From the NCBI RefSeq assembly GCF_001194135.2, contig NC_068983.1:167041357-167080757 (forward strand): a stretch of DNA of 39,401 bases, in the 5' to 3' direction. The notes beneath the pieces are model-generated. The model was not told the DNA's origin. It saw nothing but the letters and a program-made list of their open reading frames with translations, and did not search any database. Origin of the DNA: Octopus bimaculoides. Its lineage: Eukaryota. The position numbers and the translations under genes are program-made. Positions 22,251 through 32,564 of the stretch are shown here, in pieces. Numbering within the stretch: the first letter of the stretch is position 1; each line of letters starts with the position of its first letter.

Positions 22251-22565
22251 AAGATTGTTTGCCAACATAACATGGCAGTCGTGGTTTAGGACGAATATTT
22301 CGAATGGGAATTTGGCAGCACCACCTCTAGCTGAACAATTATTCTGTGCTGATGAAGGGAAATAACCCGGAAATCGCAATACACAGATACTGTTTTGAGC
22401 TGAGAGTGTGTGTGTGTGGGGGGAGGGTTGCTAGATTCCCTTGTTTGAAAATATAAGGACACAGATTGTGTTGTATAGCCAGCTGGAGACAATATCTCCT
22501 GGGGCTAAATTACAGCAATATTCGTCCTAAACCAGGACTGCCATGTTATGTTGGCAAATAATCTT
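22251..22565 (+). mobile_element. 315-bp insert bounded by 49-bp inverted repeats and carrying a hammerhead
   Basis: 22251-22299 versus 22517-22565 match at 47/49 as inverted repeats; no TSD seen; interrupts the PLE ORF. Confidence 0.75.
22344..22386 (+). ncRNA. Type-I hammerhead ribozyme motif (most canonical in the window)
   Basis: CUGUG-CUGAUGA-A-GGG-aaauaa-CCC-G-GAAA-U-cgca-A-U-A-CACAG; stems I, II and III all form; predicted cut after AUA at 22381. Confidence 0.7.
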
Positions 22566-23066
22566 GACTCGTGTTGTTGCACAATGAACTAGGCTTACCT
22601 CTCTTGTGGCTGTTTTTTAGGGTGCAGCATTTAGAAACTCCAATGGTAGATTCCTTTAAGTTAGAGGTAGTGGTTAATATTTCTCTTATATTTTTATTGC
22701 ATCTAAAGGCTACAATAGGTGGATAAGGGAATACTTGTTTGAAATGAGGATATTTTTCTGAAATATGCTGGTAACTTTCATGCAACACTTTTGAAATGCC
22801 AACGAAATTCTGGTGCCAGATAATCCCTAAAGGAATTCTATCACAAAATTTACTTTGTTTGCTAAAATTATGCATGGAAGTCTGACTTTCGTTGCCGTTT
22901 GTGATTTCCTTTAATCGTGATTCACTGTAACCACCTTTGACAGAATGGCATACAAGAGCATTTGCATGTTTCCAGTAATCCCCTATAACAGTAATTAGGA
23001 TTTCAGATTTGACCAAATCATATGATGTGGATGATCAGAGTGGTGGTAGAAGCAAATGTGGGATGA
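22546..23066 (-). pseudogene. PLE RT-thumb/linker remnant
   Basis: SDHPHHMIWSNLKS, RIPLGIIWH and FPYPPIVAFRCNKNIREIL match PLE motifs (SxHP.., RIPLV.TYHP, PIVAFRR.KNLRD.L). Confidence 0.8.
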
Positions 23067-23385
23067 CATCATCATCATCATCATCATTTAACGTCTGCTT
23101 TCCATGCTAGCATGGGTTGGACGATTTGCCTGAGGACTGGCGAAGTGGATGGCTACACCAGGCTTCAATCTGATTTGGCAGAGTTTCTACAGCTGGATGC
23201 CCTTTCTAACGCCAACCACTCAGAGAGTGTGGTGGGTGGTTTTACGTGCCACCAGCACGAAGGCCAGCCAGGTGGTACTGGCAACGGCCACGCTCAAAAT
23301 GGTGTATTTTATGTGCCACTCGCACAAGAGCCAGTCCAGGGGCACTGGCAACGATCTCACTCGAAAGTCCTTACACATGCCTGAG
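23067..23385 (-). mobile_element. RTE-type 3' tail (family C) inserted into the PLE ORF
   Basis: High similarity to 33240-33528 and 36115-36425; splits PLE ..TELFCK / SHICF.. Confidence 0.85.
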
Positions 23386-23665
23386 CTTGCAAAATAACTC
23401 TGTCACTATTCTGCCTCCTGAAAACTTAACTCTTGTGCCCAAAAACCCAACACTAGTTTTTGAAAAACTAGGAGTAAATTTTATATTGGACTTAAAGTTA
23501 TAGTTTTTCATGTAACAGTCACAGAAATACAAGAATTTAATTAAACTCTCCTGTGATCCTTCCCAGACAAAAAAAACATCACCAGTGAACCATAACCAGA
23601 GTATTGGTTCATGACCATGCAAGGATTTCAATGTCTTGAATTTCATCATGAAGACTTTGGTGAAA
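23385..23665 (-). pseudogene. PLE reverse-transcriptase remnant (motifs 5-7)
   Basis: FM.KF..PILWLWFTGDVFFVW (decayed W.RYIDDIF.IW), NIKFT..SVGFLGTRV and GRIVTELFCK. Confidence 0.8.
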
Positions 23666-23666
23666 G

Positions 23667-24005
23667 GTAACACTCTTTATTTTTCGAGCACCATCCAGAG
23701 TATTTGAGTGGTTCCAAGCAGTGTTGTTTTCTGGAAGTGCTCCACCCTTATTGCAGCCCCTAATTGTTCCACGTACTTCTCGAGATTTTTGCTCACTGTT
23801 CCCAGGGCTCCGACAATTATTGGTACTACTGCTACCTTTTTCATCGACCACAACTGCTTAACTTTCTAAGCTAACCAGTCATATCTCTCGACTTTTCTTT
23901 CTTCCTTATCGCATACCTTGTTGTCAGCTGGGCATGCTATATCTATGATCCAACATTGTTTGCTTTCTTTCTTTCTTAATTAACACTATGTCTGGCTTCT
24001 TCATC
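23667..24005 (-). pseudogene. Dong/R4-like RLE endonuclease fragment
   Basis: KPDIVLIKKE..IIDIACPADN..VVPIIVGALG..TLLGTTQILWMVLE (frame-shifted); its 5' end is at an (ATC)/(ATT) array. Confidence 0.8.
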
Positions 24006-24067
24006 ATCATCATCATAATTAATATTATTATTATTATTATTATTATTATCATTATTATTATTATCAT

Positions 24068-24254
24068 CGTGAAATGCTTAGCAGTATTTTGTCTGCCACT
24101 ACGTTCTGAGTTCAAATTCTATCAAGGTTGACTTTGCTTTCATCCTTGGTGGGGGGGGGGGGTGATAAATCAAGTACCAGCTGAGTACTGGAGTTGATGT
24201 AATCGACTTAACCCCTCCTCACAAATTTCAGGCCTTGTGCCTTTAGTAGAAAGG

Positions 24255-24286
<32 letters not shown>
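24068..24286 (+). mobile_element. SINE family B with (ATT)n tail
   Basis: B-box gagttcaaattc, body aagtaccag..ctggagttgatgtaatcgact, tail gtagaaagg(att)n. Confidence 0.8.
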
Positions 24287-24287
<1 letters not shown>

Positions 24288-24675
24288 GAGTGAAAGAGCA
24301 GTGCATGCCATCAAAGTGACACTGGGGTACAATTATACGAAGACCTGTATATCCATCATGACTACCCGTCTGATAAGGGTACATCAGGCACATGCATGAC
24401 AACCAAATGTGCACAACATGATGATCTCATATCAAGATAAACAGCGCATGACCTTGCAGGTGGGGCCCAGTTAGAATTTCCTTCGGGTCGAGGAGCCCAT
24501 CCCGCTCAAAATGTCCCTGAAAAGAGTTTGTTTAAGGATGATGAATGAAACATCCATGTTTCCAAAGGTGAATTATTCAAACCCCAAAGAATCCCTTTCA
24601 ACACATGGCTATGATGCCCCCCCACACGCCCACTACTTCTGCTTGTGATCAGAGATGCACATATCGAGCCACTGC
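24287..24675 (-). mobile_element. (AAT)n-tailed retroposon 3' end sharing its tail with the SINE B copy
   Basis: Unique non-coding block that terminates on the minus strand in the (AAT)n array at 24256-24286; resembles an octopus repeat from memory. Confidence 0.45.
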
Positions 24676-24712
24676 CTGTTACTGCATCCGGGCATTTATT
24701 ATTATTATTTTG

Positions 24713-24936
24713 AACGTGGCCGTTGCCAGTATCACGTGACTGGCCTTCGTGCCGGTGGCATGTAAAAGCACCCACTACACTCTCGGAGTGGTTGGCGTTA
24801 GGAAGGGCATCCAGCTGTAGAAACTCTGCTAAATCAGATTGGAGCCTGGTGCAGCCATCCAGTTCACCAGTCCTCAGTCAAATCGTCCAACCCATGCTAG
24901 CATGGAAAGCGGACGTTAAACGATGATGATGATGAT
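24713..24936 (+). mobile_element. RTE-type 3' tail (family C)
   Basis: gtgccggtggcatgtaaaagcacc..ggacgttaaacgatgatgatg. Confidence 0.85.
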
Positions 24937-24939
24937 GGT

Positions 24940-25639
24940 TATTATTCCTTCGTAACACAGTGGAGGTAAAAATGCACCGGAGTCTTTAGTCGTCTGTCAA
25001 GTCACAACAAGGACCTCAGACAGATAATACTTTCCTTAAGATGCACGTTGTGCCCAATAAGGCTGCTTTTTGCAAGACATCAATCTTGCATGGAATTTCC
25101 AGTTAAAGTTTCAATGGGATTGAGCCCAATGCTCTAATCGCCACTAGTACCACTCTAACATTACCTTCTTGCATTCCATACAGTTTTGCCATTTCCGCTT
25201 TCAGTGACTTTTTTCAGCTTCTTTACTCACAGCATTCCTGTCATTTGGTATGGCTACATCAATGATCTGACAGTATTTCTCTCTCTTATTCAATATGACA
25301 ATATCCAGCCAATGCTGTTCGATTACACGATCTGTTTGAAAATCATTGTCCCAGAGTATCGTTACTTTTCCGTCCTCCTGCATAACTTTACTTGGTATAT
25401 GTTCATACCAGTTCTCTGTTACTTCATATTGGTATTTACAGCATAAGAACCAATGGAGATGCACACACACACTTTAACATGGCACCATTTGTACTCTCCT
25501 TGTTCAAGGCTCTCACATCCACTTACGAAGTGGATCACATTTTCCACACTTTCCACAGATTCTGCATTTCTGGTTGTCAGAAGTTTTACAGATGTCATAC
25601 TTCACTGAATTGGTAGCAAGAGCCTGGTCTTGTGCAGCA

Positions 25640-25640
<1 letters not shown>
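24940..25640 (-). pseudogene. Dong/R4-like LINE 3' fragment
   Basis: AAQDQALATN..CRICGK, ILWDNDFQTDRVIE..LDIVILNK..IIDVAIPND and LQKAALLGTTCILRKVL; 5' end at (ATT)n 25641-25683. Confidence 0.85.
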
Positions 25641-25684
<44 letters not shown>

Positions 25685-26009
25685 GTATTTGTAAGATTCA
25701 CTTCAGTATGGTTCCAAATGTTTTTAAACAAAACATTAACAATTCTTTGTCTCTTACCAAACCTGATATTATTCCTTATTTTGAATAATAATTATGGAGA
25801 CTGTGAGTGAATTAACATAATTTATGTTATATTAATGAGATGCAAGCTCAATCCAGACAAAGACAGTCTTCATCAGTGCAACACAATTAATTTATTAATT
25901 ATAACAATTTTCTATGTTGACTTAAGGCCACATATTTGAGGAAATGATGGGGATAAAGTAAATGAATTGATTAAAATGGGCCCAGGTGGGGTTTAAATTC
26001 AAAACAATT

Positions 26010-26510
26010 GCACACATGCACACACACATGCATGCATATATACATGTTAATGTATACATGCTGTCATACACAGTCATAACACACATGTGTGCTCACATGC
26101 ATACACACACATGCACACAGAGATCATATTTATGTGCACACAAACATACATGTGCAGACAAATACAAACACACATCTACATGCACATACACATATACACA
26201 TGTACACACACATGTATGCACATACACACCTACATACATGTGTATGTGGGTGTGTATTATGTGCATACATACATGTATGCACATAAGCATACATATAAGC
26301 CCATACACACGTGTACACACACACACACACACATTCACATGTACACAGACATGCACAAACCTATATGGACACACATATATACACATGCATGTGTCTACAA
26401 ACAAACATACACACATACAGGTATGTAAATACATATACGTATGTACAAACACAAAAATACACAAGTGTGCACACACACACACACACACACACACACTACT
26501 ACTACAGTGC
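26010..26510. repeat. Degenerate (CA)/(CATA)-rich low-complexity tract
   Basis: Directly visible; source of the H/T/C/V-rich ORFs. Confidence 0.9.
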
Positions 26511-26704
26511 ACACAGGCTGTCAGTCGTATTGTACAGGTAGACAAACCATTTCTCTCAACAGAACTTAAACTCTCACCAGTTAAAATAGAATCGTTATCC
26601 TTTATTTAAACTCCATTTAACTGTGAATATATTTGCATGAAAACTATGATCTCAGGCTATATTATCTACTAACAAAATTGTTCATACATACATATACATA
26701 TATA

Positions 26705-27130
26705 AAATCACTGACGTGGCTGATGACAGTACCGCCTGATTGGCACTTGTGCCAGTGGAACATTAAAAGCACCATCCGAGTGTGATCGCTGCCAGAGTCG
26801 CTGACTGACTCTCATGCCGGTGGCACGTAAAAAGCACCATTCAAGTGTGATCATTGCCAGCATCACTTTACTGGCACATGTGCCGGTGGCACATGAAAAA
26901 CAACATTCGAGCGAGGTCGTTGCCAGTGCCGCCAGACTGACTCCCGTGCAGGTAGCACGTAAAAGCACTCACTACACTCTTGGAGTGGTTGGCGTTAGGA
27001 AGGGCATCCAGCCATAGAAACTTTGCCGGATCAGATTGGAGCCTGGCGCAGCCTTCTGGCTCACCAGTCCTCAGTCAAACCGTCCAACCCATGCCAGCAT
27101 AGAAAGAGGACATTAAACGACGATGATGAT
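26705..27130 (+). mobile_element. RTE-type 3' UTR (family C) with four ~65-bp tandem units
   Basis: Units centred on gtgccggtggcacgtaaaaagcacc at about 26750, 26815, 26880 and 26946, then the standard tail and (GAT)n. Confidence 0.8.
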
Positions 27131-27295
27131 TATTACTCAAAACAAATAGTCAGATGTCCAAAAGTAGTTTCCAGTGAAAAGAACAAACAACACAAGCATT
27201 TAATTTCATTTTATGATATATTTTTTTTACACTGTTCTTAGATGTTTTATAGCCTCAGAAGTTTGTTGTTGTAACACTAGTGTGTCTTGGGCCAT

Positions 27296-27347
<52 letters not shown>

Positions 27348-27701
27348 GTCGATTCAAACATGAACAAGCAAGAAAAAACATGAAAAAACAACAACGCGAG
27401 GACGTGGAATAAGTACAGTGTTATTATATATATATATTTGTACTTGTACTTAAGAGTTTACAACATTGTACTTGTGGTGGTTGTTATTTCTGGTCTTGTA
27501 TTCAGTACAGAAAATAAAACGCTGAGAAAACCAACCAAAAATGAAAATGTCGTGAACCAAATGGAATTTCTTTGATTAGCTTTGACTGTCATTGAAGTGA
27601 GAGAGAAAGAAATGTCTTAAATGGATTCCTTATGGCTATGACTTAACACTGGATTGTCACCAAGAAAAATAGAAAACTAAAGAAGCAAAGAATATATACA
27701 T

Positions 27702-27734
<33 letters not shown>

Positions 27735-27956
27735 CACATACACACACACACACATTATACATAGAAGCACGCACACATACACAATAATATACATAAACCA
27801 GATATTCATTTCCTGATGGTAATATGCTTGAAGAATGAAATAATTAATTCCAAATATTTCCATTCATAAGTTAAGGATATCTTTTGAAGGATAATACATA
27901 AAGATTATCTGTCTGCCTGCCTGCCTATCTGTCCGTCCGTCCGTCTATCTATCGAA

Positions 27957-29147
27957 TCAGGTTGAGTAAAAAGTAACGTTTTGAACCATGAAGAATTTGT
28001 ACTGGATTTTTGCAGTTTTGAATTTTTTATAAACATATTTTTGCAATTGTTTGATAATACAGACATAGATTTGCCCAAATGCATCAATAAATATTGATTT
28101 TTTTTTTCACCGTTGTTACAATATTCTGAAATGGAACTGTCAAAGCGCGATACTTGAGCAATTTCGCTATTCAACTTCAAAAAAGGACGTAAAGCAGCTG
28201 AAACTGCTCGCGATATCAACGAAACATTTGGTTAGGAAATGACCAGTGAGTGGTCAGCTCGAAAATGGTTTAAATAATTTTGCAGTGGGGAGACCTGAGG
28301 CTTGAAGATTGTGAGCATAGTAGACCCCCATCTGTCATCGATGATGGTCAATTAAAGACCGTCATTGAGAAAGATCCATGTAAAACCACTCGAGAGCTGG
28401 CAAAAGAACTTCAAGTTAGCCAGAAAACTGCCTGCAACCATTTGCATGCAATCGGGAAATCAAAAAAGCTCGACAAATGGGTACCACACGATTTGAATGA
28501 AAATCAGAAAATGCGCAGATATGAAATTTGCTCGTCGCTTCTTCTTCGTAACCAGACCCATCCATTTCTCGACCATATTGTAACTTGTGATGAAAAGTGG
28601 ATTCTGTAAAATAATAAAAAACGGTCTTCGCAGTGGTTAGACCAAAATGAAGCACCGAAAACCTTCCCTAAACCCGAACTCATCAAAAGGAATGTTATGG
28701 TGACTGGTGGTGTACAGTTGGACTCATCCCCTATAACTTCTTAAAACCCGGAAAAACCATTACTACAGAAGTATATTGCCATGAAATTGTCAAAATGAAC
28801 GAAAGACTGCTACTCCTCCATCCCAGACTGGTCAACAAAAGAGGGTTAATCATTCGTCATAACAATGCTCGATTACTCGTTTCACTAATGACCCTCCAGA
28901 AGTTGAGGGAACTTGGATACAAAGTTCTTCTCCACCCAGCTTATTCCCCAGACCTTTCTCTTACCGACTACCACTTTTTCAAGCACCTTGATGGTTTCCT
29001 TCGAGATAAGGAGTTCAAAAATCAAACCGATGCTGAAAGTGTAGTCAAAGAGTTCATCGACTCCAGAACCCCAGATTTTAATGTTACCGGAATAAACAAA
29101 CTTGTAACTTGTTGTCAAAAATGTGTTGACCTGTAATGGTACTTTGA
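27957..29147 (+). mobile_element. Mariner (Hsmar1/cecropia-like) element lacking a right TIR
   Basis: Left TIR tcaggttgagtaaaaagtaacg resembles ttaggttggtgcaaaagtaa-type ends; transposase follows. Confidence 0.8.
28131..29136 (+). pseudogene. Mariner transposase pseudogene
   Basis: HTH region (KGRKAAETARDIN), WVPHDL, VTCDEKW, HNNAR (second catalytic D->N) and YSPDLSLTDYHFF; multiple stops and frameshifts. Confidence 0.9.
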
Positions 29148-29375
29148 TATTTCTGTGTAAGAGGCGGGTTTTTCAAATGACATCTCAGTCCATGTCTAAT
29201 ATATTCGGAATAATTCAGCACTGAATATATTCCGGTTAAATTTAAAATCAAAATTAAACATAGGATAAAATGTATATAAGCATTTATCAAGTAGTCAGTG
29301 TGAAAACCATATAAGGAAAAAATTTATAATTATTCCTTTTAAATATATTTAAATCCTGCCTCTTACATGGATATA
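29148..29375. mobile_element. Possible TA-flanked MITE at the mariner 3' end
   Basis: tgtaagaggcgggttt (29156-29171) versus aaatcctgcctcttaca (29351-29367) as imperfect TIRs, with TA on both flanks. Confidence 0.45.
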
Positions 29376-29580
29376 TAAGTGTGTCGTCTGGATTATTCTG
29401 TACACTTTACCGAGAAATCATGATTTGTGGCTGAATTTGTTTTTAATGGACGGATTCCCAAGTTGCATTCCCTCGCTGTCGGTACACTGGATATTTATTA
29501 TGGTAGTTTTGACTTTAAGAGTCCCTCATAGCGTGAGGCATTTACGTGTAGTTATGCCCTTAATATAATACAATATATAT

Positions 29581-29790
29581 ATGTTTGTGTCTGTGTTTGT
29601 CCCCCCACCATCTCTTGACAACCGATGCTGGTGTGTTTACGTCCCTGTAACTTAGCAGTTCGGCAAAAGAGACCGATAGAACAAGTACTAGGTTTACAAA
29701 GAATAAATCCTGGGGTCAATTTGTTCGATTAAAAGGCGGTGCTCCAGCATGGCCGCAGTCAAATGACTGAAACAAGTAAAAGAAAAGAAT
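29581..29790 (+). mobile_element. SINE family A, 3' half (well preserved)
   Basis: tgtttgtcccccc..cttagcagttcggcaaaagagaccgatag..ccagcatggccgcagtc..gactgaaacaagtaaaaga. Confidence 0.85.
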
Positions 29791-30159
29791 TTTAATTCAA
29801 TATTGTCCTTTTATTCTTTTTTTTACACATAAACCTATATTTCAACGAAACAAGTCATACAAGGAAGGCAACAGGTCATGCACAAGTCAATAAGATTTTC
29901 CAAGTGACGCCCGACTTACTAAATATAGTAAAATTTAGTTTCCAACATTAAAATCAACTAAATTAAATGCTGTGTATGCTATTAACAGAGTAATATTAGA
30001 TATTAATAATTTTATAATTACTCTTTGAAATAATATAGAAACATATCAGATTCATCTCTGGAACTATATATAAAAATAATCTCAGTCATTCACTAAACTA
30101 TTTACTCGTTCTTGCAGAACTTGACACTTGCAGAAATAAACTTTACTGTGCAACAAATC

Positions 30160-30250
30160 AATGGCGGAGTCTCTATGTGGTCACTCGAACTGCTAGAAGC
30201 AGCAGTAAATTCTCCCTTAACTCACACTCTACTGTCTTAAAAGAAAATAT
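30160..30250 (+). mobile_element. SINE-like family D fragment
   Basis: tatgtggtcactcgaactgctagaagcagcag..cacactctactgtcttaaaa. Confidence 0.5.
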
Positions 30251-30276
30251 TTTCTTGTGTCTGCAAATCAGTCAAT

Positions 30277-30319
<43 letters not shown>

Positions 30320-30320
<1 letters not shown>

Positions 30321-30775
30321 TCTATGCATGTTTGTGTCTCCTTGTCTTGACATCAGATGGTATTTATAAATGACTGTCGCTGGTCACTCAAATGCTATAA
30401 GAACAGATCTGGCCGTGGGAAACAAGTGAGGGTTGGCAACAGGAAGGACATTCAGCCAGAGAAAATTTGTCTCAGTAAACTCCATGCAACAGTTCTATAT
30501 TTAAGAGATGAGGAATTATGGACATTATTTACAATTGACGGATATTTGTCCTTATCTTGTTTGTTGTTAACACAACGTTTCGGTTGAGATAACCTCCAGC
30601 CTTTATCAGGTGTCTTTTTTCCCCAAGCCTTCCCTGATGAAGGCTGGAAGGTATATCAACCGAAGCGTTGTATTAACAACAAACAAGATGAGGACAAATA
30701 TCCATCAATTGTAAATCATATAATTAATGAACTCCATGCAAATATGGAAAAGTGGACAGTAAACAATGATGATGC
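30320..30775 (+). mobile_element. SINE with RTE-type tail, interrupted by an inverted hammerhead element
   Basis: ggttggcaacaggaaggacattcagcc [insert] atggaaaagtggacagtaaacaatgatgatg. Confidence 0.6.
30490..30729. mobile_element. Inverted (head-to-head) pair of hammerhead-bearing tails with 12-bp TSD
   Basis: Arms 30528-30610 and 30633-30715 (75/83 identical as inverted repeats); aactccatgcaa duplicated at 30478-30489 and 30730-30741. Confidence 0.8.
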
Positions 30776-30993
30776 TTGTGGTGGAGGCGATTGAGTACAG
30801 TAAAATGAAATAATTAAAAACTTCTTGATGGCTTGTAACAAGAGAGATTAGGTTCAACTAGATTTTAATTATGAAAGATCCAACTTGGTTTTCTAAGACA
30901 TATTCCCAGAAGAAAAGACGTTGTGGAATGATTATAGGTAGGGCGATTGAGAGGAGAGTGTCGGGGTTTCAATTCATATGTTGGTCATGGAAT

Positions 30994-31170
30994 CAGTGAC
31001 GTAGCTAAGACGTAGCAATTGCGGGGTTGTCCACACTCGGCGACATTTTTATGAGGGCGACACTTTGGGGTCTCCTATATAAATCTGTATAACGTTGGGA
31101 CCCTAGAAAGGGGTGGGAGAAAACAAACTTAAGGGTTGCCACGGGCGGCAACACTTTAACTACGTCGCTG
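30994..31170. mobile_element. hAT-type MITE (177 bp) with 8-bp TSD
   Basis: TIRs cagtgacgtagctaa / ttaactacgtcgctg; flanks catggaat (30986-30993) and catggagt (31171-31178); repeated ggcgaca/ggcaaca subterminal motifs. Confidence 0.8.
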
Positions 31171-32564
31171 CATGGAGTCTGGTGATCCTGGACGGGGAGG
31201 CCTCCACCCGATTCCCATCTGAGGCCCGAAAATAACCTTGTGACGCCTAGTGAAATTTCTTTCGAGAGGCTCTGGATGGAGGCATATATCTTCTCCCTTC
31301 GACTAGAAATACAGAAAGATGTCTGTTGGATGGACAAAAGAGAGAAAAATATAGAGAAATAGTAATGGTAGCAGGGAAAGGGTAGAAGTTGTCGGGGAAG
31401 ATGTCATTTTAATGTTGTTGAGAAGCAGACAACCATTTCCAGGAGATAATGACATAGGTGTGGTCGAGGTAGATAATAAGAAAACGTAACCAATCTTCAT
31501 TCTGTTATAGAATGAGGTAAAAACCTGTGGAAACTTATCTCCAACAATCTACGAACCGAGCTGAGTGTCTGACAGAAAAATCTCCACTTTTTATCTCGAC
31601 TTTTGTTATTTATTTGCTTATCTTGTTGTTTATTTATCTACTTATTATTTGTTTATTTATTGTGTTTATTTATTTACTAATTTTTTCTGAAATCTATTTT
31701 TTCCATCGTCCTAAGATTTTTCTCTTATTTCACGCTCTTTCTCTCTTTCCTTCGTACCTCTCTCTCCCCCTCCTCTCACACACGAATGTGCGACTACACA
31801 CACACATGCATGAATGTATGAGTATACATACAGGCAAACACACATCCGAATACACGAATACACTTAAACACACACACATTCTCTCTCTCTCTCTCTCTCT
31901 CTGTTGCTTTACTCTCCAATTTTTTTGCTTTTCTCCTTCTTTTTCTTCATTTCTATCATTGTGTGTGCATGTGTGTGTATCCATGTATGTGCATGCATGT
32001 GTTTGTCTACTTGTATCCTTGTGTGTGTGAGCATGAATGTAGTTATTTATCTTTGCATGCATGTGTGTGTACGCGTGTGAGAGCATGTGTACATGTGTGT
32101 GTGTGTGTATGAATGAAAGATGTTTATCTCAATTGTCAAAACAACGTTTGGTTACCCTGTTCTCGTCGAATCCTCTCCCTCTACCAAACTATTCCCAGCC
32201 TGTTTCCTAAATTCTCTCCCACCTATTTTATTGAAGGCATTTTTTCTTTCCTTATTTCGCTTCCCTCTTCTTCCCTTGCAATGTGGCGTGTATTTTATAA
32301 TCTCTTCTGCTAAACCGAGGAGCCACTCCGAGAATTTCTAATTTCTTCACACGATACATATATGTCAAATGTATGTATATATATGTTATAGGTGTCTATG
32401 TGATGTATGTGAGAGTATGTATGTATGTATGTATGTATGTATGTATGAATATATATATATATATATGGGTATCTTGATGCAAACAGGAAAAATAGAAGTC
32501 AAACTATGAGTATATGTATATTTTTATTAATATTTAGCAGAAGTGACAGAGTGACTCAAGGTCC

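Larger units (their letters stand above)
21640..23665 (-). mobile_element. Penelope-like retroelement (PLE), 5'-truncated, decayed, twice interrupted
   Basis: RT motifs at 23385-23665, thumb/linker at 22546-23066, GIY-YIG at 21930-22226 and a 3' hammerhead at 21703-21745, all on the minus strand. Confidence 0.85.

Noticed and set aside
23371-24005. Single continuous element from 24005 to 21640
   Set aside because: 23667-24005 encodes an RLE-type (Dong/R4) C-terminus, whereas the sequence below 23665 is PLE RT; two unrelated elements abut.
25843-25882. Hammerhead on the minus strand (CUGAUGA-AGAC..GUCU)
   Set aside because: The GAAA half of the core is absent (GGAU) and stem III cannot form.
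26745-26975. Twister-ribozyme identity for the 65-bp RTE units (GCCGGU..UAAAAAG)
   Set aside because: Only superficial word similarity. The conserved twister L1/L4 nucleotides and pseudoknot pairings could not be built.
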